This document shows, piece by piece, positions 12,447 through 23,542 of a stretch of DNA of 64,000 bases (the stretch's first letter is position 1; the number at the start of each line of letters is the position of its first letter). The stretch comes from Camelus ferus (Eukaryota), in assembly GCF_009834535.1 (NCBI RefSeq), contig NC_045696.1, positions 100,566,001 to 100,630,000 of the forward strand, in the 5' to 3' direction. The notes under the pieces were generated by a model. That model made no database searches. It saw only the letters and a list, made by a program, of their open reading frames with translations, and had not been told where the DNA came from. Both the position numbers and the translations under genes were made by a program.

Positions 12447-15400
12447 TTAGATTCCACATATGAGCGATCTCATATGGTATTTTTCTTTCTCTTTCTGGCT
12501 TACTTCACTTAGAATGACATTCTCCAGGGGCATCCATGTTGCTGCAGATGGCGTTATGTTGTCGGTTTTTATGGCTGAGTAGTATTCCATTGTATAAATA
12601 TACCACTACTTCTTTATCCAGTCACCTGTTGATGGACATTTAGGCTGTTTCCATGTTTTGGCTATTGTAAATAGTGCTGTTATGAACATTGGGGTGCAGG
12701 TGTCATCCTGAAGTAGATTTCCTTCTGGATACCAGCCCAGGAGTGGGATTCCTGGGTCATATGGTAAGTCTATTCCTAGTCCTTTGAGGAATCTCCACAC
12801 TGTTTTCCATAGTGGCTGCACCAAACTGCATTCCCACCAGCAGTGTAGGAGGGTTCCCCTTTCTCCACAGCCTCTCCAGCATTTGTCATTTGTGGATTTT
12901 TGAATGACGGCCATTCTGACTGGTGTGAGGTGATACCTCATTGTAGTTTTGATTTGCATTTCTCTGATAATTAGTGATATTAAGCATTTTTTCATGTGCT
13001 TTTTGATCATTTGTATGTCTTCCTTGGAGAATTGCTTGTTTAGGTCTTCTGCCCATTTTTGGATTGGGTTGTTTATTTTATTCTTATTGAGTCGTATGAG
13101 CTGCTTATATATTCTGGAGATCAAGCCTTTGTCGGTTTCACTTGCAAAAATTTTCTCCCATTCCGTAGGTTTTCTTCTTGTTTTATTTCTGGTTTCCTTT
13201 GCTGTGCAGAAACTTGTAAGTTTCATTAGGTCCCATTTGTTTATTCTTGCTTTTATTTCTTCTAGGAGAAAATTTTTGAGATGTATGTCAGATAATGTTT
13301 TGCCTATGTTTTCCTCTAGGAGGTTTATTGTATCTTGTCTTATGTTTAAGTCTTTAATCCATTTTGAGTTGATTTTTGTATATGGTGTAAGGGAGTGTTC
13401 TAGCTTCATTGTTTTACATGCTGCTGTCCAGTTTTCCCAACACCATTTGCTGAAGAGACTGTCTTTATTCCAATGTATATTCTTGCCTCCTTTGTCGAAG
13501 ATGAGTTGACCAAAAGTTTGTGGGTTCATTTCTGGGCTCTCTATTCTGTTCCACTGGTCTATATGTCTGTTTTGGTACCAATACCATGCTGTCTTGATGA
13601 CTGTAGCTCTATAGTATTGTCTGAAGTCTGGGAGAGTTATTCCTCCAGCCTCTTTCTTTCTCTTCAGTCATGCTTTGGCAATTCTAGGTCTCTGATGGTT
13701 CCATATGAATTTTATTATGCTTTTTTCTAGTTCTGTGAAATATGTCCTGGGTAATTGGATAGGGATTGCATTAAATCTGTAAATTGCCTTGGGCAGTGTG
13801 ACCATTTTAACAATATTGATTCTTTCAATCCAAAAGCATGGAATATCTTTCCATTTTTTAAAGTCTTCTTTAATTTCCTTCATCAATGGTTTACAGTTTT
13901 CTGTGTATAATTCTTTCACCTCCTTGGTTAGATTTATTCCCAGATATTTTATTACTTTGGGTGCTATTTTCAAGGGGATTGTTTCCTTACTTTCTTCTTC
14001 TGTTGATTTATCGTTAGTGTAAAGAAATGCAACTGATTTTTGAATGTTAATTTTGTAACCTGCTACCTTGCTGAATTCTTCAATCAGCTCTAGTAGCTTT
14101 TGTGTGGACCTTTTAGGGTTTTCTATATATAGTAACATGTCATCAGCATATAATGACACTTTTACCTCTTCTTTTCCAATTTGGATCCCTTTTATTTCTT
14201 TCTCTTGCCTGACTGCTGTGGCTAGGACTTCCAGGACTATGTTGAATAGGAGTGGTGATAGTGGGCATCCTTGTCTTGTCGCAGATTTTAGTGGGAAGCT
14301 TTTGAGTTTTTCACCGTTGAGTACTATGCTGGCTGTAGGTTTGTCATATATAGCTTTTATTATGTTGAGATATGTTCCCTCTATACCCACTTTGGCGAGA
14401 GTTTTTATCATAAATGGGTGTTGAATTTTATCAAATGCTTTTTCTGCATCGATTGAGATGATCATGTGGTTTTTGTCCTTTCTCTTGTTGATGTGATGTA
14501 TTACATTGATTGATTTGCGTATGTTGAACCAGCCTTGTGTCCCTGGGATGAACCCCACTTGGTCATGATGTATAATCTTTTTTATGTGTTGTTGGATTCT
14601 ATTTGCTAAAATTTTGGTGAGGATTTTGGCGTCTATGTTCATCAGTGATATTGGCCTATAATTCTCTTTTTTTGTAGTGTCTTTGCCTGGTTTTGGTATC
14701 AGGGTGATGTGGCTTCATAGAATGAGTTTGGGAGTATTCCCTCCTTTTCAATCGTCTGGAAGAGTTTGAGAAGGACTGGTATGAGTTCTTCTTTGTATGT
14801 TTGGTAGAAATCCCCGGTGAAGCTGTCCGGTCCTGGACTTTTATTTGTAGGAAGGTTTTTAATTGCTATTTCTATTTCCTTTCTAGTGATCGGATTGTTC
14901 AAGTGTTCAGATTCTTCTTGATTCAGTTTTGGTGGACAGTATGTTTCCAGAAACTTGTCCATCTCCTCTAGTTTATCCAGTTTGGTTCCGTATAGTTTTT
15001 CATAATATTCTCGTATGATATTCTGTATTTCTATTTTGTTTGTTGTAATTTCTCCATTTTCCTTTCTTATTTTGCTAATTTGTGCTCTCTGTTTTTTCTT
15101 CTTTGTGAGTTTGGCCAGAGGTTTGTCGATTTTATTTACTTTTTCAAAAAACCAGCTTTTGGTTTGGTTGATTTTTTCTATGGTCTTGTTAATCTCTATT
15201 GTATTTAATTCCTCTCTGATCTTTATTATTTTCTTCCTTCTGCTGCTTTTTGGGGCTTTTTGTTCTTCTTTTTCTAATTCATTCAGGTGGTGGGTTAAAT
15301 TGTTTATTTGAGATTGTTCTTTTTTGAGTAAGGCCTGTATCGCTATAAACTTCCCTCTTAGCACTGCCTTTGCTGTGTCCCATAGGTTTTGAGTGGTTGT

Positions 15401-16240
15401 GCTTTCATTATCATTTGTCTCAAGGTATTTTTTAATTTCAGCTTTGATTTCCTCATTGATCCATTGTTTTTTCAATAACATATTGTTTAATCTCCATGCT
15501 TTCCTTTTTTTCTCCTTTGTTTCTCTGTTGTTGATTTCCAATTTCATGGCATTGTGGTCAGTAAAGATGCTTGAGATAATTTCTATCTTCTTAAAATTGT
15601 TGAGGTTTCTTTTGTGCCCAAGTACATGATCGATCCTGGAAAATGTTCCATGTGCACTTGAAAAGAATGTATATCCTATTTTTTGGGGGTGTAATGCTCT
15701 GAAAATATCCACCAAATCTAGTTTTTCTATTGTAGTATTTAATTTCTCTGTTGCCTTGTTTATTTTCTGTCTGGAAGATCTGTCTAGTGATGTTAATGCA
15801 GTGTTAAAATCTCCAACTATGATTGTATTCCCATCAATATCCCCCTTTATCTCTGTTAGTAATTCTTGTATGTACTTAGGTGCTCCTATATTGGGTGCAT
15901 ATATATTAACGAGTGTAATATCCTCATCTTGTATCACTCCTTTAATCATTATAAAATGTCCTTCTTTATCTTTCTTTATGGCCTTTGTTTTAAAGTCTAT
16001 TTTGTCTGAAATCAGTACTGCAACACCTGCTTTTTTGGCTTTTCCATTTGCATGGAATATCCTTTTCTATCCTTTCACTCTCAATCTATATGTGTCCTTC
16101 TCCCTAAAGTGGGTCTCTTGTATGCAGCATATTGAAGGTTCTTGCTTTATTATCCAGTCTGCCACTCTGTGTCTTTTGACTGGAGCATTTAGTCCATTAA
16201 CATTTACAGTAATTAATGATAGATGTGTGTTTATTGCCAT
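12447..16240 (-). pseudogene. L1-ORF2: L1 ORF2 (APE endonuclease, reverse transcriptase, CCHC), disrupted
   Basis: Starts MAINTHLSLITVNVNGLN at 16240; motifs [44 protein letters not shown]. Lesions: TAG at 16067-16069 (codon 58), 1-nt frameshift near 14709, TGA at 13668-13670, TAG at 12606-12608. Native stop at 12447-12449. Confidence 0.95.
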
Positions 16241-16644
16241 TTTGAACTTATCTTTGCAGTTGAATTGGTATATCCTCTTTGTTCCTTTCTTCTTCCTTTT
16301 GTGGTTTGGTAATTTTCCTTTGTATTTTCATGGATTTTATTTAATTTTTGTGACTCCTTTGTAAATTTTTGGCTTGTGGTTACCCTTTTTTGTAAATCTA
16401 TTAACCCATTACTATAACTGTTTTTATTAAACTGATAGTAACATGATCTCAAACCCATCCTACTGTTAAAAAAATTTAAAAAAGAAAGAAAAAGATATTC
16501 TATATTTCCTTGCCTCCCTCTCCCACTCTCAGTGATTTGTATGTCTTCTTTTATAATTTCATGTTTACTTTATTTGTAATTCATGAGTTATCACCTTTCC
16601 AGTTGTGTGTTTCTCATTTCTGTAGCATCCTGCTGCTTTTCTAT

Positions 16645-17547
16645 TTAGAATAGCCCTTTCAATATTTCTTTTAGCATGGGTTTAGTGTTGCTAAACTCCT
16701 GCAGCTTTTTTTTGTCTGTGAAACTCTTTATTTCTCCTTCTATCCTCAAGGATAGCCTTGCTGGATAAAGGATCCTAGGCTGCATCTTTTTTTCATTCAG
16801 GGCTTTGAATATATCTTGCCGCTCCCTTCTGGCCTGTAGTGTTTGTGTAGAGAAATCAGCTGAGAGCCTTATGGGGGTTCCCTTGTAACTTACTCTTTGC
16901 TTTTCTCTTGCTGCCTTTAGAATCATTTCTTTATCCTTGACTCTGGCCATCTTGATTATGATATGTCTTGGTGTGGGTCTATTTGGGTTCTTCCTGTTTG
17001 GGACCCTCTGAGCTTCCTGTACTTGGATATCTGATTCCTTCTTTAAGTTTGGGAAGTTTTCAGTCATGATTTCTTCAAATACCTTTTCAATCCCCTTTGA
17101 TCTTTCTTCTCCTTCTGGGACCCCTATTATGCGAAGATTGGGACGCTTTATGTTATCCCATAGGTCCCTTAGGCTATTTTCATTATTTTTTACTTGCTTC
17201 TCTTGTAGTTCTTCTGAATGGGTGCTTTCTATTGCCCTGTCTTCTAGATCACTAATTCGTTGCTCTGCATTATCTAGTCGGCTTTGCACAGCTATTAGAT
17301 CATTCCTCATCTCTGTCAATGAGTTTACCCATTCTACTTGGCTCTTCTTTATAGCTTCAATTTCATTTTTGACATATTTTATATCTCTAAACACTATCTC
17401 TTTTAATTCCTTCAGCAATTCGATCACTCCTTTTTTGAAATCTTGATCTAGTAGGCTATCGATGTCTATTTCGTTGATCTTTCTTTCAGGGGATTTCTCT
17501 TGTTCTTTTAATTGGGAAAGGTTTTTCTGCTTCTTCATCTTGCTCAT
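16645..17547 (-). CDS. L1-ORF1: L1 ORF1p (coiled coil, RRM, CTD RNA chaperone), intact 300 aa
   Basis: Uninterrupted ORF with LRDLWDNIKRPNLRIIGVPEGEE, REKQ, IRLSADFS, ARR and YPARLS motifs. Confidence 0.93.
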   Translation of the reverse strand: MSKMKKQKNLSQLKEQEKSPERKINEIDIDSLLDQDFKKGVIELLKELKEIVFRDIKYVKNEIEAIKKSQVEWVNSLTEMRNDLIAVQSRLDNAEQRISDLEDRAIESTHSEELQEKQVKNNENSLRDLWDNIKRPNLRIIGVPEGEERSKGIEKVFEEIMTENFPNLKKESDIQVQEAQRVPNRKNPNRPTPRHIIIKMARVKDKEMILKAAREKQRVSYKGTPIRLSADFSTQTLQARRERQDIFKALNEKKMQPRILYPARLSLRIEGEIKSFTDKKKLQEFSNTKPMLKEILKGLF

Positions 17548-17989
17548 ACCTCTTTGGCACTGTGGTTTATGGAGTATCAGTTGTTTATTTTGGTCCTTAA
17601 GGATTTTATCTATCTAATACCTATTTAGGAATAAAACTTAGGAAAAAAAGAAAAAAAATAAGAGAGAGAGAAAGAATTTTAAAAGAAGGGAGAAAGAGGG
17701 TTTGAAAACAGTGTATAATGAATAATAGAAGAGTGAGTTGAAGCAGAGTATTAGTCGGGTTGAGACGTCCTTTTAAAACCTTTACAAAAAAAGGGGGGGG
17801 AGATGAATAGATGTATTTGAAACCTGTGTCTAATCAATAACAGGACATCAAAACCCAAGAGAAATAGAAATGAATTAAGAAGTAAAAATTAAGAGAGTAA
17901 TAGAAAATAGAACAGGTAAAAACAGATTTAAAAAAAAAAAGGGGGGGGTGGGTTTGTCGGTGTTCTCCTGGAGTCTGTGTGCTTTTAAT

Positions 17990-19205
17990 GTGAAGTCTTT
18001 CTTCGTCCTGTTTTGGAAGTTCAGCTTGCTGTTTTCAGAGGCCCTCCGTTGGCGCCCTCTTCTGTGCTGCTCCCAGCACCTGTCGGCAAGCAGCTCGCGC
18101 CTCCTCCTAACACTGGGTCAGGTGCAGCTCTCCTCTGCTGTGGGCAGGCGGGTCGCTGCCCCTCCGGATGCCGCAGTCAGATGTTGCAGACTGGCCGGGT
18201 AGGAGGGCGGGTCTTGCCCCCTCCCAGCACCTCGGTCAGGGGCTGTGTTCCTGCCCGAAAGGCGGGGGGCCGCTCTCCCTCTACCTGCGCTGCTCCGCTG
18301 CTCTGTGCGGCTGCGCGCTCCGCCCTGGTCGGCGCTCCGCAGGTGGGCTCGGGGAAGACCAAGGGGCAGCCTTGTCCCTGCTCCGAGCCAGAACCCAGCT
18401 CCTTGTTTGTCTTTGTGGAGCAAGTTCTCTGAGGGACCAGGATGGAAGGATCCTATCTGACCCAGGCTGCAGGCTAGTCTCAGTCTGGCCTTTGAGGCTG
18501 CTAAGCCCTTCGGTGCGGATGCGGGTTTCGGTTTCCCCCCGCCCCCGCCTGGGTGCTCAGCGCCGGAGGATATGGCGGCTGTGCCTGAGCCCCGCCTCTC
18601 TTCCCCCGAAAACTTTCCGCGGGATTTCAGAGATGGGGGTGTGCACCCTTCCCCCAAGAGCACATCAACCTTGCTGTTCTATGGAGGGCCCAGGTTGTTC
18701 TGCCCTGTGCACCCACAGCCACGGCGCGCAGCCCCTTGCGTTCCCCCGGGGCTGCCTCCGTGCAGCCGCCCCCGTCCTCGCCTGGCGCTGCCCGCCGCTG
18801 CCGGCCCGCGTCTCAGGCTGGGTGTCGGGGGGACGCTCTGTGCCCGTTTAACTTAGTTCTGTTAGTCAAGGGCTGCTCTGTACAGATCCGAACCTCTGAG
18901 GCTCCCCCTCCGTCCCGCTGGCCTCTCAGTTGGAGAGGGGAGACCCAGTGAGCGAGCGCCAGTCCTCCTTTGCCGCTCCCTCCCCGCGGGACCCGTCCCG
19001 CGCTGCTTTGCCTTTTGTTCTTTCTTTTTTCCTTTTCTCCTACCAGATTTTTGGCGTCTTTATCTTTTGAAGAGGGCGATGTTCTGTCGGAGTTCCACAG
19101 GTGCTCTGGTTGGCTGAGTGGGCCTGTAGATGTGGGTCTTGGTGTATTTGTGGGAGAGGGTGACCTGCGAGCGTCCTTCTACTCCGCCATCTTCTCCATC
19201 AGCTC
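17990..19205 (-). promoter_or_regulatory. L1 internal promoter: CpG-rich 5'UTR with 5'-terminal YY1 motif
   Basis: The only strongly CpG-rich block in the window. ccgccatctt (AAGATGGCGG on the element strand) at 19184-19193, about 12 nt from the element 5' end. Confidence 0.8.
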
Positions 19206-19624
19206 GGTCATTATATAATTTTTGGAAAGACTACTAAGTCCAAAAATGGAAAGTCTAGAAAAATAAATAACTTTTCATGTTATCTTCATGCTTATATTTA
19301 TAAAGAAAAGTCTTGTTTCTTGGGTTATGTGGACTTAACTTGAAGAAATAGGTTGAGAAATTTGTTGTAGTGCAAATTTATTATGAATTGTGTACTTAAA
19401 ATGAAGTTTTCACTTTAAAAGTAATACCATGTATTTATCTGTTGTCCTTTCTGAATTATTGTTATACTTTTAATAGAAACTAAATAATTTATAAAAGACA
19501 CTGGAAGAACGACTAAAGTACTTGCATAATATTAATCAGAATATTTCTGCCTGTTCTATTTTCTGATGCCAAATTGTTCTTTTACAAGTCATGATGCTTA
19601 TAACAATTTGTAACCATATGTCTT

Positions 19625-20117
19625 TTTTCTTTCCTTTTCTTTCTTTTTTTTTGATTGAAGGATAGTCAGTTTACAATGTTGTGTCAGTATCTGGTGCACA
19701 GCATAATATTTCAGTCATACCTATACATAAATATATTTGTTTCATATTCTTTTTCATTATAGTTTACTACAAGACATTGAATATATCTCCCTGTGCTATG
19801 CAGAAGAAACTTACTTATCTATTTTATGTATAGTAGTTAGTATCTGCACATCTTGAACTCCCAATTTATCCCTTCCCACCCCTTTTCCCCCTGGTAACCA
19901 TAAGTTTGTTTTCTATGTCTTTGAGTCTGTTTCTGTTTTGTAAATAAGTCCATTTGCATCCTTTTTTTTTTCAGATTCTAAATATTGGTGATAACATACG
20001 GTATTTTTCTTTCTCTTTCTGGCTTACTTCACTTAGAATGACAAACTCCAGGTCCATACATGTTGCTGCAAGTGGCATTATCTTATTTTTTATGGCTGAG
20101 TAGTACTCCATTGTGTG

Positions 20118-20156
<39 letters not shown>

Positions 20157-20276
20157 ATATATATACCACATCTTCTTTATCCAGTCATCTCCTCGATGGA
20201 CATTTAGGTTGTTTCCACGTCTTGGCTCAATACTGAAGAAAAAGAACAAAGCTGGAGGAATAACTCTCCAAGACTT
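19625..20276 (-). mobile_element. Truncated LINE-1 3' end with short inverted ORF2 segment
   Basis: Minus-strand tail, 3'UTR and ORF2 end run to 20227; then plus-strand caatactgaagaaaaagaacaaagctggaggaataactctcc (ILKKKNKAGGITL) at 20228-20276. Confidence 0.85.
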
Positions 20277-20356
20277 TTTTTTTTAATAGAGGTTCTGGAG
20301 AGTGAACCCAGGATGTGCATGCTGAACGTGCACTCTACCACTGCCAACACCGCTCA
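20275..20356 (-). mobile_element. Degenerate tRNA-derived SINE (Vic-1-like)
   Basis: Minus strand: cagtggtagagtgcacgttcagcatgcacatcctgggttcactctccagaacctctattaaaa. Flanking repeat aagactt. Confidence 0.7.
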
Positions 20357-20425
20357 TTTTAATCCTGGTAGAAGACTTGACAGTTTTAAAATAAATATAT
20401 CTGTATCTTAATATAAAAATGTATT

Positions 20426-21039
20426 TGTGGGTTCGTCACCAGTTGTGGGTTCTGGCCAGCAGAAGTTCCACTGAGACGGAATGAATTACTCATGACTCTG
20501 GAAAAGTCAAGAAAGTGAGAGGGAGTTGGGAGCCAACTCCATGAGCCTCTCAAATCTCTCATATTTATTGAGTACAGTCAAAGGAGGAATGCAGGATTTA
20601 GGGAAGAATAGGGTGGGATCACAATGAGTACAAAGGCTTTGTTTACTGTTGGTGTTTGGCTCAAGGTCAGAAGACCCTTTTTGGTAAGTCATATTCATGT
20701 TGAGCCTTTCAGCTTATCAGGGCAGAACATATGAGAATCAGCTGCTTAACTAGATTTTTCTTGGACTCAGGTGGCTGTGCCTGTCTTAGGTTGCCCCCTC
20801 AGGGGATCTTACCCATCATTGGCTAACCAGCCTTCTCAACTCTGAGTCTGCAGCTTTTTACCATTCCAGCCCAAGGCTGTTTTGGGGATAGAAGACTAAC
20901 AGCAGGCACGCCCAGTGTTTATAGCTAGGGGCCTGGGGTCATTGCTAAAACCTCAAGGCAGTTACTAAGCACATCTTCTTAAAGGAGATAAGCGGCTGGG
21001 ATCTGTTACAATTTGTTAACCTAATCATGGGCTCCAACA
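20426..21039 (-). mobile_element. Solo retroviral LTR (614 bp), ERV2/betaretrovirus-like by TSD length
   Basis: TG...CA termini; perfect 6-bp TSD tgtatt (20420-20425 and 21040-21045); AATAAA on minus at 20564-20569; TATAAA on minus at 20918-20923. Confidence 0.8.
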
Positions 21040-21204
21040 TGTATTATATGTAACTGCAATTATATTTTAGTGTAATTAAATATAAATAAATGACATATAC
21101 AAGTAGCATCATGTAATGCTACTGTTCTGTTTTCTATATGGAAATGATTTTCCTTTTAATAAAGACCTGAGAGTCAATTTTGGCTTCATCTAATCCATCA
21201 CCAA

Positions 21205-21910
21205 ATCCTATTGATTCTACCTCCTAAGTATATTTTGGATGTTTTGGATTTGTATCCTGTTTTCTAACCATTTTAACCCTGATTTGTGACTAGCTGTTAT
21301 CAACGAGACTTTATCAGTGATCTCCAGGCTGGCCTTCTTGTTTCCACTTTCACAACCTTTCAGTCTATCCTCTAAGACAATCTTTATAACACAATTATCT
21401 AATCAGATCTTTTCAGTAAATAGACATTAAACATTTCAATAACTCTATGCTTTTTAAGAATGATGTTAATACTCATTAGATCACATACTGAAAATTTCCA
21501 TCTCAACCTTGACATTGTGCCTTTCTTGAGTTTTATCAGTTGGTGCTCTTCTACATTCTCCATCCACATAAATTTCATTTGTATCCCTAATTTTTTGAAA
21601 TTATTCTTCTACAGTCTTCCGCCTTTCCAAGTACTTCGCATCCTTTATGATTCAGCTCAAGGTTAACTTTTTTCCATGGTGTCATCTATTGAACTTTCCC
21701 ACCCTTCACCTATTGCTGTCATACACCCTACTATCTCAATTATAGCACTTATTATATTGTATTAACATTGGCTGGTTTGCTTGTCTTTCTATATCACTGA
21801 AAAATGATTAGCTTCTTAAGATCAGAGATGAAATCTAATTCATTATTTCTTGTTAGCACTTATGTCTGATAAACTTCCACTATTCTATAAATGTTTAAAT
21901 GAATTAATTG
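21205..21910 (+). mobile_element. L2 LINE 3' fragments
   Basis: catctaatccatcaccaaatcctattgattctacctcc... and terminal ataaatgtttaaatgaatt, typical of L2. Confidence 0.55.
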
Positions 21911-22114
21911 ATTCAAAAGACTTTTCTGAGAAGATAAATATAACCATTTACACAATACACTTCTACTATTTTAAATACGTCCACTAAATGAACCTGTAAG
22001 AGATTAAATTGCAATAGGAGTGATGGTCAAGAAATGCACTATAGAGAACAAGAAAGATTTATTTATTAATGAATCAACCTATATAAATATCCATGATAAA
22101 AGATCTTAACTAAC

Positions 22115-22290
22115 ACTTGTAAGGAACTTCAGATGTGCTAGGTACTAAGTGCTTACACATATTTACTTGCTAATTCCTAAAAAGAATCGTATGAAGTAGG
22201 TATTTTATCATCCTTTTTTGAAGGTAAGGAAATAGACACCTAAAGAAGTTAAATAATTTGCTCAAAGTTATAGCTAATAAGTAATTATTG
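22115..22290 (-). mobile_element. MIR SINE
   Basis: tgtgctaggtactaagtgcttacac...atgaagtaggtattttatcatcc...gttaaataatttgctcaaagtt. Confidence 0.6.
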
Positions 22291-22681
22291 CAGGATAAAC
22301 ATATGCTTTCCAAGAAAACTACATGTGTTTTTATTATCTCTGTATAAATCAAAAACATTTTGTTTTTGTTCACGGATATTTCATAGACTTATCAGACTGG
22401 ATGGTACTTTAGCAACTCTAGTTTATCTTTCCACTTCTAAGAAAAACTATTAAACTATAAGCTTCAAACACCCATTTAATTATAAAATATATAATGTATG
22501 TATATCATAAGAAAAATTATGTAAATTTTACATATATTGAATATTTTGGTGTCTGAACACCAGATATTTCTGTGTTTCTCAAAGGAAATAACAGTTAATA
22601 AAACCCAATGTATTCTAAAGAACCCATCAAAAAACAACACATAAAAGGCCAAATAACAGAATAGCATCTACACACACTCAC

Positions 22682-23000
22682 TGTTTCAATTATCTGTTGC
22701 TGCTAAACAAAGCACCCCACAATTAAAGGAATTAAAAAAAAACAACCCTTTCATTTCATTCGGTCAAAATTCATGAGTCAGAAATCCAGAGAGTGCTCTC
22801 TCGGGCAGTGCTTCTGCTGTCTGTGGCTTTGACAATGGTCCCTTACTCTGCTCTATTCAGCTGGTAGCTGGGCTGTGCTGGAAGGTTAGGAGGGTTCATG
22901 CCTCCATCAACCTTCACGTGGCGTCCCTCTTTCCATCCACCAGAGTCCTTTCATGATCGCTGGAATTCTTTTATGGAGGGGGGCTTTCAAGCAGGCAAAA
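22682..23000 (-). mobile_element. MaLR LTR fragment (MLT1)
   Basis: Begins tgtttcaattatctgttgctgctaaacaaagcacccc, the reverse of the MLT1 3' end. Confidence 0.55.
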
Positions 23001-23407
23001 GCTTGAAAAAAACTGAAAAAATATTTATCTCACGTACATTTGTTCACATATATTATATGGGGAATTGACATAGATTCATATAGACAACATATATTTATAC
23101 ATGTATTATCCATATTAATCATGTGCATACTTATATACAGAAATTATATATATTTAGTTATTTTGAAGGTTTTATACCCATCTCTGTTTACTGCATACAC
23201 ATATACGTATTGTACTGCTATATGAAAAAATGTGAAATTGGCTTCAAAATATTTATCTTCATATTTAGAGACATTAAAAAAATTACTGGCATGAATATTA
23301 TATGATCTTAAAGGTGTTTTTTCCAAGATTTGGCTGTTCATTTTCAAATGTCTACAAATCATGTTGGGTTCATATAATTTGCCAACAGCTCAATGTACAG
23401 TTCAAAC

Positions 23408-23542
23408 CTAGAGTAATGATCTTCAACAATATTTCAAATGATCCTCTTGATAATTTAAAACAAATATTCTGGGCAGCTTCTTTTCTTGTACGACTGGGTC
23501 AATATTATTTTTATATTGTCTAATGGTCAATCCACAACCACT
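23408..23542 (-). other. Candidate decayed exon
   Basis: Strong acceptor tttctcttttctccag|A and donor TAG|gtttga, 135 nt. All frames have stops; best-looking is VVVD*PLDNIKIILTQSYKKRSCPEYLF*IIKRII*NIVEDHYS. Confidence 0.25.

Larger units (their letters stand above)
12076..19205 (-). mobile_element. Full-length LINE-1 retrotransposon (~7.1 kb), young but ORF2-dead
   Basis: TSD ggtcattatataatttt at 12059-12075 and 19206-19222. Poly(A) tail, 3'UTR, ORF2, spacer, ORF1 and CpG-rich 5'UTR occur in canonical order. Confidence 0.97.

Noticed and set aside
12949..17446. Long plus-strand hydrophobic ORFs (186, 118, 202, 126 aa)
   Set aside because: Antisense shadows of A-rich L1 ORF1/ORF2, a well-known artefact.
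17948..19218. Overlapping ORFs in the L1 5'UTR, including a 227-aa antisense ORF (ORF0-like idea)
   Set aside because: Several frames are open because high GC content makes stops rare; products are low-complexity with no recognisable motif.
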